Shown here: one piece after another, positions 57,991-64,000 of the stretch | How the letters are laid out: every line of letters starts with the position of its first letter | How positions within the stretch are numbered: position 1 is the first letter of the stretch | Assembly (NCBI GenBank): GCA_965204725.1 | Contig: OZ242005.1 | Span: 608,001-672,000, forward strand | DNA: 64,000 nucleotides | Source of the DNA: Candidatus Latescibacterota bacterium | Lineage (GTDB): Bacteria > Latescibacterota > UBA2968 > UBA8231 | Direction: 5' to 3' | Notes under the pieces: model-generated | Database searches by the model: none | Seen by the model: only the letters and a program-made list of their open reading frames with translations | What the model was told of the DNA's origin: nothing | Program-made: the position numbers and the translations under genes

Positions 57991-60081
57991 TCACCGGCCC
58001 GGTGAAAACTCTGCTTCCCAGACAGTGCGATTCTCTTTGGCAATCCACTGGCCGACATAGACGCGGTCGATGGCGTAGTCGGGGAGTTGGACGGTCGCGA
58101 TACACTGGTCGGCGACCTGCATACGCGCGGCAAGATCGAGCCAGTCGAAATGGAAGCCGAGGTTGTCAGAGCCCCACCGCCTGCGGGCGATGGGTAAGAC
58201 GCCCAGGTCAGAAGGGACGACGTGCAAAACGAACTTCGCCTGCACATCCGCAGGGGCGCACGGCTGTTTGAAGTAGGTCAGCTTGCGTCCGTTGCGGTAC
58301 ACGTCCCAATCGGCACGAACCACCCGCTCACCCGCCTGTGCGAGCAGGTGCGCCACATAGCGTTCTTGGGCGCGCTGTTTTTGGGCGCGATGCCGGTCGG
58401 CATCAAACGGTTCGGTCGCCGCCACCCTTACGCGGAATACCACGCCATCGGACGCCTCGGCTACCACCTCCACGCCGGGCAGCAAGCGAATGTCGAGGTC
58501 GTTGTAGTCATAATACACAGTTCGATAGGTGTTTTTGAGCCAGACGAGATATACTTGGTCTCGGCCCGATTTGCGCCACCCGCTCGCCTTCCGCGTCCAC
58601 CACCCGCTTATGTCAAAAGGAAGCTGCCGATGTGTTCGGATGGCGGCGGTCCGGTCTGCAAACCAGAGGAGGAAATGGTTGTTGCTGTACGTTATGCTAT
58701 CGCTAAGGTGGTCCCGGAGGTACTTCAGGGGCGCGGAATATCGCCAATAGGCGACACTGAAAGCGTCGTCGTCCGGGTACCCGGTATCCAATGCTTGGGC
58801 GGTAAGACGGAGATTTCTCTGTGCCGAGAAGCCGGTATGGGCGACGGCCCCCAGCAAGACGAGGGACGCTAGACCCCACTTGGCTGCGGCCACCCAGCCC
58901 GCAACCTCGATGGACAGGAACCGGTCCAACAAGAACACCGCCGCCAACAGCAGCGGCACATACACCGGCAGCAGAACGCGGGCGAGCAGCCCCCCGGGGA
59001 CCACGAGCGGCACGATGACGACGATGAATATGAGGTAAATCGCGGCGAACACCCCGAATGGGAGCACCGGCCCCAACCCGAAAGACAGTGGACGCCGGCC
59101 GATCCTTTCCCCCTCCGTCCTTCTCGCCCAACGACCCGCCACAACGACAACCGCGGCCAGCACCACAACAACCAGCCCGGCCGTCGCCCACAGGAGAGCA
59201 CCGAACCAGTCCGATGTGCTCAGCCCGGTCGCCCTCCACAGGAGATAATCAAACCAGTCCACCGCGTTCGGGGGAATCACCCACTCATAGAGTATATCCG
59301 CCACTCGGTTCAGCATATCGGATAGGGACTGCCCGGACCCGTGTCTCCCCCCGGTCAGGCTCCCTTCGATAACCCAGTTGCGCAAAAGCACCCCCGCGAG
59401 GGGAAGGGATGAGAGACCCCCAAATACGACGGCGTCTTTCAACCGGGTAGAAAGCGGCGGAGCGCGACGCACCAGCAGCATGAGGACCGCCGCACCGATC
59501 AGGACCACGCCCGGATAGCGGATCAGCGCGGCCAGCGCGGTGCAAACCGCCGCCCACAAAAGGGGCGTCCGACCACCGCGATGCAGGAAGGATGCCAACC
59601 AGATCAAGGAGAGGAGCACGAACAGGACGAAGAGGGAGTCGGTCATAAGGCTCGACGCGAGCTCGCTCAAGGGCAGGGAAGCTGCGATGGCTATGGTGGC
59701 GGCCAGCCCCAGCCACTGCGACCTAAGATTCGAGCGCAGCCAGCAGCCGGCGACGAAGATGGTCAGGCCGAAGGCGGTGGCGTTGATCCACCGACCCGCT
59801 TCCAGCGGATCGATGCCAACCCAACAGAAGGCCGCCAGCAACAGGGGGAACAAGGGCGGCCAGAATACTATCGGGTCGCCCGTGAAATCTCGCCAGCCCT
59901 CGCCCGCGAGGAAGTTCATGGCCATAGAAAGGTAAAAGACGGAGTCCAGGACGACCGCGATGCCGTAGGTGGCGGTGCGGACGAGGATGTGCGCGGTGCC
60001 CAGCCCGGCGAGGAAGGCGATAAGCAGCATGAAGCGGTCGCGCCGCAACCGGGCGATCCATGCGATGGCGGAGCACTTCAT
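57991..60081 (-). CDS. GT-C (ArnT/PMT-like) membrane glycosyltransferase with an uncharacterised C-terminal soluble domain (copy 1)
   Basis: DSVFY..A.N...G.G, WPPLFP, RYPG, LRNW; tail YFKQPC..FVLHVVP..DNLGF..C..LPDY..GQW..WEAEF. Confidence 0.8.
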   Translation of the reverse strand: MKCSAIAWIARLRRDRFMLLIAFLAGLGTAHILVRTATYGIAVVLDSVFYLSMAMNFLAGEGWRDFTGDPIVFWPPLFPLLLAAFCWVGIDPLEAGRWINATAFGLTIFVAGCWLRSNLRSQWLGLAATIAIAASLPLSELASSLMTDSLFVLFVLLSLIWLASFLHRGGRTPLLWAAVCTALAALIRYPGVVLIGAAVLMLLVRRAPPLSTRLKDAVVFGGLSSLPLAGVLLRNWVIEGSLTGGRHGSGQSLSDMLNRVADILYEWVIPPNAVDWFDYLLWRATGLSTSDWFGALLWATAGLVVVVLAAVVVVAGRWARRTEGERIGRRPLSFGLGPVLPFGVFAAIYLIFIVVIVPLVVPGGLLARVLLPVYVPLLLAAVFLLDRFLSIEVAGWVAAAKWGLASLVLLGAVAHTGFSAQRNLRLTAQALDTGYPDDDAFSVAYWRYSAPLKYLRDHLSDSITYSNNHFLLWFADRTAAIRTHRQLPFDISGWWTRKASGWRKSGRDQVYLVWLKNTYRTVYYDYNDLDIRLLPGVEVVAEASDGVVFRVRVAATEPFDADRHRAQKQRAQERYVAHLLAQAGERVVRADWDVYRNGRKLTYFKQPCAPADVQAKFVLHVVPSDLGVLPIARRRWGSDNLGFHFDWLDLAARMQVADQCIATVQLPDYAIDRVYVGQWIAKENRTVWEAEFSPGR

Positions 60082-60096
60082 TGTAGAGCATCTCTC

Positions 60097-60164
60097 CTAA
60101 GTACACGACAGTAATCTCAATTGATCTAATATAATATGAACACATGTTACTGTCGTGTACTTAG
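60097..60164. mobile_element. 68-bp MITE with perfect 18-bp TIRs and a 9-bp target duplication
   Basis: CTAAGTACACGACAGTAA ... TTACTGTCGTGTACTTAG, flanked by GCATCTCTC at 60088-60096 and 60165-60173. Confidence 0.85.
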
Positions 60165-60203
60165 GCATCTCTCCATGCTTGCCAGTCATGTAGGACTGCT
60201 ATA
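60165..60203. repeat. Copy of the right end of the TA-type unit at 24149-24187
   Basis: GCATCTCTCCATGCTTGCCAGTCATGTAGGACTGCTATA versus GCATCTCTACATGCTTGCAAGTCATTTAGGATGGCTATA. Confidence 0.75.
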
Positions 60204-62270
60204 TCACCGGCCCGGTGAAAACTCTGCTTCCCAGACGGTACGGTTCTCTTTGGAAATCCACTGGCCGACATAGACGCGGTCGATGGCGTAGTCGGGGAGT
60301 TGGACGGTCGCGACACACTGGTCGGCGACCTGCACACGCGCGGCAAGATCGAGCCAGTCGAAATGGAAGCCGAGGTTGTCAGAGCCCCACCGCCTGCGGG
60401 CGATGGGTAAGACGCCTAGGTCAGAAGGGACGACGTGCAAAACGAACTTCGCCTGCACATCCGCAGGGGCGCACGGCTGTTTGAAGTAGGTCAGCTTGCG
60501 TCCATTGCGGTACACGTCCCAATCGGCGCGCACCACCCGCTCGCCCGCCTGTGCGAGCAGGTGCGCCACATAGCGTTCTTGGGCGCGGTGTTTTTGGGCG
60601 CGATGCCGGTCGGCATCAAACGGTTCGGTCGCCGCCACCCTTAGACGGAATACCACGCCATCGGACAACTCAACCACCTCCTCCACGCCGGGCAGCAAGC
60701 GAATGTCGAGGTCGTTGTAGTCGTAATACACAGTTCGATAGGTGTTTTTGAGCCAGACGAGATATACTTCGTCTCTGCCCGATTTGCGCCACCTGCTCAC
60801 CTTCCGCGTCCAATCGGTCCAATCGCTTATCTTAGAAGGAAGAGACTGATGTGGTCTGATGGCGGCGGTCCGGTCTGCAAACCAGAGGAGGAACAGGTTG
60901 TTGCTGTACGTTATGCTATCGCTAAGGTGGTCCCGGATGTACTTCAGGGTCGCGGCATGTTGCCGATAGGCGACGTTGAAAGTCCCGTCGTCCGGGTCCC
61001 CGAATTCCAATGCTTGGGCGGTAAGACGGAGGTTTTTTTCTGCCGAGAAGCCGATGTGGGCGAGGGCCCCCAGCAAGACGAGGGACGCTAGACCCCATTT
61101 GGCTGCGGTCATCCGACCCGTAGTCTCGATGGACAGGAACCGGTCCAACAAGAACACCACCGCCAACAGTAGCGGCCCGTACACCGGCAGCAGAAAGCGG
61201 GCGAGTATCCCCCAATGGACCACGAAAGGGACCGTGAGCGGCACGATGACGACGATGACGACGAGGTAAATCGCGGCGAACACCCCGAATGGGAGCACCG
61301 GCTCCAATCCGAAGGATGGCGACTTGCCGCGACCCGACAGAACGACGACCACCACCATCGCCACAACAACCAGCCCGGTCGTCGCCCACAGGAGAGAACC
61401 GAACCAGTCCGGTGTGCTCAGCCCGGTCGCCCTCCACAGGAGATAATCAAACCATTCCACCGCGTCTTGGGGGATCACCCACTCCTGGAGTACATCCACC
61501 ACTCGGCTCAGCGAATCGAACAGGGACTGCCCCGACCCGCTTCTCGGCCCGGTCAGGGTCCCAGAGACGACCCAGTTACGAGTCAGAAACCCGGCGAGGG
61601 GAATGGATGGGATGGCCCCAAATACGACAGCGTCTTTCAACCGGGCGACCAGCGGTGGAGCGCGACGCACCAGCAGCATGAGGACGCCGACGCCGATTAG
61701 CACCACGCCCGGATAGCGGGTCAGCACGGCCAGCGCGGTGAATACCGCCGCCCACCACAGGGACGTCCGCTCGCCGCGCTGGAGGAAGGCCGCCAACTGC
61801 ATCAAGGCGAGGAGCGTAAACAGGACGAAGAGCGGCTCGGTCATGACGGCTGACGCGAGCTTGCTCAAGGCAGGGAAGGCCCCCGCGATGATTGCGGTGG
61901 CGGCCAGCACCAGCCAGCGCGACCGGAGATGCAAGCGCAGCCAGCACCCCGCAACGAGGATGGTCAGCCCGAAGGCGGTGGCGTTGACCCACCGCCCCAC
62001 CTCCAGCGGCTCGATGCCGACCCAACCGCCGACCGCCAGCAGCAGGGGAAAGAAAGGCGGCCATTCTACCATCAAGCCGCCCGTGAACTCCCGCCAACCC
62101 TCGTCCGCGAGGAAGTTTAGGGCCGTAGAAAGGAAAGCCGTGGACGCCATGCTGACGGTCGCGCCGTAGGTGGCGGTGCGGACGAGGATGTGCGCGGTGC
62201 CTAGCCCGGCGAGGACGACGATGAGCAGCGTGAAGCGGTTGCGCCCGAACCGGGCGACGGAGCATTTCAT
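60204..62270 (-). CDS. GT-C membrane glycosyltransferase with C-terminal soluble domain (copy 2)
   Basis: Paralog of copy 1; start set at MKCS by alignment; 3' third nearly identical to copy 1. Confidence 0.8.
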   Translation of the reverse strand: MKCSVARFGRNRFTLLIVVLAGLGTAHILVRTATYGATVSMASTAFLSTALNFLADEGWREFTGGLMVEWPPFFPLLLAVGGWVGIEPLEVGRWVNATAFGLTILVAGCWLRLHLRSRWLVLAATAIIAGAFPALSKLASAVMTEPLFVLFTLLALMQLAAFLQRGERTSLWWAAVFTALAVLTRYPGVVLIGVGVLMLLVRRAPPLVARLKDAVVFGAIPSIPLAGFLTRNWVVSGTLTGPRSGSGQSLFDSLSRVVDVLQEWVIPQDAVEWFDYLLWRATGLSTPDWFGSLLWATTGLVVVAMVVVVVLSGRGKSPSFGLEPVLPFGVFAAIYLVVIVVIVPLTVPFVVHWGILARFLLPVYGPLLLAVVFLLDRFLSIETTGRMTAAKWGLASLVLLGALAHIGFSAEKNLRLTAQALEFGDPDDGTFNVAYRQHAATLKYIRDHLSDSITYSNNLFLLWFADRTAAIRPHQSLPSKISDWTDWTRKVSRWRKSGRDEVYLVWLKNTYRTVYYDYNDLDIRLLPGVEEVVELSDGVVFRLRVAATEPFDADRHRAQKHRAQERYVAHLLAQAGERVVRADWDVYRNGRKLTYFKQPCAPADVQAKFVLHVVPSDLGVLPIARRRWGSDNLGFHFDWLDLAARVQVADQCVATVQLPDYAIDRVYVGQWISKENRTVWEAEFSPGR

Positions 62271-62300
62271 AGTAGAAAGGGTGAATTTATCCATATAAGG

Positions 62301-62369
62301 CGTCATTCCGGCGAACGGACATCACCCGTGCCTCGACACGGGGCGGGAATCCAGTCTTGAAGGATGTAG
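62301..62369. repeat. Nested REP-like hairpin repeat, copy of 23790-23859
   Basis: Shares GACACGGGGCGGGAATCCAGTCTTGAAGGATGTAG with the 23.8-kb copy. Confidence 0.8.
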
Positions 62370-62370
62370 A

Positions 62371-64000
62371 TTAGAGCCGATGCGAAAACTTTGCTTCCCA
62401 AAGCGTACGATTCCCCTCGGCAATCCACTGGCCGACCCGGATGCGGCTGATGGCGTAGTCGGGGAGTCGGACGATCGCGATACACTGGTCGGCGACCCGC
62501 CCGCCGCGCCGGTCAAAATAGAAGCCGAGGTTGTCAAAGCCGTACCGCTTGCGGTGAGCTGGCAGGTCGGCCGGATCGGCCGGGACGACGTGCAAAACGA
62601 ACTTCGCCTGCACGTCAGCGGGGGCGCACGGCTCTTTGAAGTAGGTCAGTTTGCGTCCCGTGCGGTACACGTCCCAGCCGGAGCGAACCACCCGCTCGCC
62701 CGCCTGTTCGAGGAGTTGGTCCACGTAGCGTTGTTTCCGGGCGCGATGCCTTTCCGTATCGAACGGTTCGGCCGCTGTTAGGCGGAGTACGAAGCCATCG
62801 GCTAGTTCGGCCACGACTTCCACGCCGGGCAGGACGCGGAGGTCCAAGTCGTCGTAGTTTTGCTCACTCATGTTCTCGATCCAAACGATATACACGTCGG
62901 TGTCATCTTCGGTCCACTGCATCATCTGCCGCGCCAAACGAGGAAGACCGAGCGGGAATTTTTTCCGGTATTTTCCCGGGGCCGCGTCCCGATCCCAAAA
63001 CCAAGCAAGATGGACGGCGTTGCTGTAAATCCTGCCCTCAATGCGGTTCTCCCAGATGTAATTCAGGGTCTCGGAATGTTGCCAATGGGCGGCGTTGTAC
63101 GTCCTGCCTTCGTATCCGGCGACATGAGCTTGGGCGGTACGACGGAGGTTTTCTCGCGCCGAGAGGCCGACGTGGGCGATAGCCCCCAGCAAGACGAGGG
63201 ACGCCACAACGCAGCGGACGGCAACTCGCCATCCCGCCGCCTCAATGGACAGGAACCGGTCCAGCAACAACACCGCTGTCAACAGCAGCGGCACGTACAG
63301 CGGCAGCAGGAATCGGCTGTCGATTCCCCGATAAATCGCGAAGGGCACGACAGCGACCATGAATGCGAGGTACGCGACAGCGAACAGCCCGAAAGGTAAA
63401 GCCGGCCCCACCCCTAAGGACAGCGACGCAGGCCGATCCTTTCCCTTACTCCCGCCCATGCCTAAGCCGAGACCGGACAGAACGACCACCGCTACTACCA
63501 TAACCAACCCGGTCGTCGCCCACAACAGATAACCCAACCCGTCCGGCGCGTCCAGGGGAATCACCCATCCCCGGAATACATCCACCACTTGGCTCAGCGA
63601 ATCAGACAGGGACTGCCCCGACCCGCCTCTCCCCCCGGTCAGGGACCACTCGCCTCTCCCCCCGGTCAGGGTCCCGGAGATAGCCCAGTTGAGCGTCAAC
63701 ACCCCCGCGAGGGGAATGGACGAGACCACACCAAATGCGATGGCGTGCTTCAATCGAGCGGCCAGCGGCGGAGCGCGACGCACCAGCAGCACGAGGACGC
63801 CGACGCCGATTAGCACCACGCCCGGATAGCGGGTCAGCGCGGCCAGAGCTGTGAAAACCGCCGCCCACAAAAGGAGCGTCCTCCCGCCGCGATGGAGAAA
63901 GGCCGCCAACTGCATCAAGGCGAGGAGCGTGAACAGGACGAAGAGCGGCTCGGTCAGGAGGTGGGACGCCCAATGGCTCAAGGGCAGGGAAGCCGCGATG
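62371..64000 (-). CDS. GT-C membrane glycosyltransferase with C-terminal soluble domain (copy 3, 5' truncated by the window)
   Basis: LTEPLF, TRYPG and the same C-terminal domain; more diverged than copies 1 and 2. Confidence 0.8.
   Translation of the reverse strand, partial: IAASLPLSHWASHLLTEPLFVLFTLLALMQLAAFLHRGGRTLLLWAAVFTALAALTRYPGVVLIGVGVLVLLVRRAPPLAARLKHAIAFGVVSSIPLAGVLTLNWAISGTLTGGRGEWSLTGGRGGSGQSLSDSLSQVVDVFRGWVIPLDAPDGLGYLLWATTGLVMVVAVVVLSGLGLGMGGSKGKDRPASLSLGVGPALPFGLFAVAYLAFMVAVVPFAIYRGIDSRFLLPLYVPLLLTAVLLLDRFLSIEAAGWRVAVRCVVASLVLLGAIAHVGLSARENLRRTAQAHVAGYEGRTYNAAHWQHSETLNYIWENRIEGRIYSNAVHLAWFWDRDAAPGKYRKKFPLGLPRLARQMMQWTEDDTDVYIVWIENMSEQNYDDLDLRVLPGVEVVAELADGFVLRLTAAEPFDTERHRARKQRYVDQLLEQAGERVVRSGWDVYRTGRKLTYFKEPCAPADVQAKFVLHVVPADPADLPAHRKRYGFDNLGFYFDRRGGRVADQCIAIVRLPDYAISRIRVGQWIAEGNRTLWEAKFSHRL

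Noticed and set aside
57991-62270. DGR-like template/variable repeat between the GT copies
   Set aside because: Differences are not adenine-specific, both copies are full genes, and there is no reverse transcriptase
62271-62306. MTPY... extension of GT copy 2
   Set aside because: The ATG comes from the repeat; alignment with copy 1 favours MKCS

Overview
GC-rich bacterial window. The lineage is probably Latescibacterota/FCB-like and possibly a sponge symbiont; this is an inference from the FlgD-Ig C-termini, a 'SWGRIK' C-terminal motif, DUF6785-type membrane proteins and paralog expansions. Left to right: (1) a partial GT-C glycosyltransferase, an enolase-superfamily enzyme and an orphan antitoxin. 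(2) A 15.6-kb minus-strand cassette of uncharacterised envelope proteins: a CBM9/DOMON-like secreted protein, three paralogous discoidin+FlgD-Ig proteins, two paralogous ~930-aa Asp-rich putative outer-membrane proteins and a double-PpiC lipoprotein. (3) An ABC substrate-binding protein, cfa, a DUF6785-like transporter, an array of TA-joined MITE-like repeats, rhaM and trkAH. (4) A complete N-methylglutamate methylamine-utilisation operon (glxBCD/mgsABC, glnT/gmaS, soxBDAG/mgdABCD) broken at three junctions by a KpnI-like R-M pair, a solo HicB, and a ~16-kb block. That block holds a Type IIG-like R-M gene and a decayed Type I R-M/TA island. Several island genes are hollowed out to head+tail fusions, hsdS carries an in-frame DUF559 element with hairpin inverted repeats, and a diverged duplicate of the soxG 5' end marks the far boundary. 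(5) Two more enolase-family genes and three tandem GT-C paralogs separated by small repeat elements. No rRNA, tRNA, CRISPR array, integrase or transposase was recognised. All family calls come from motif recognition and recalled family sequences; no searches were run.
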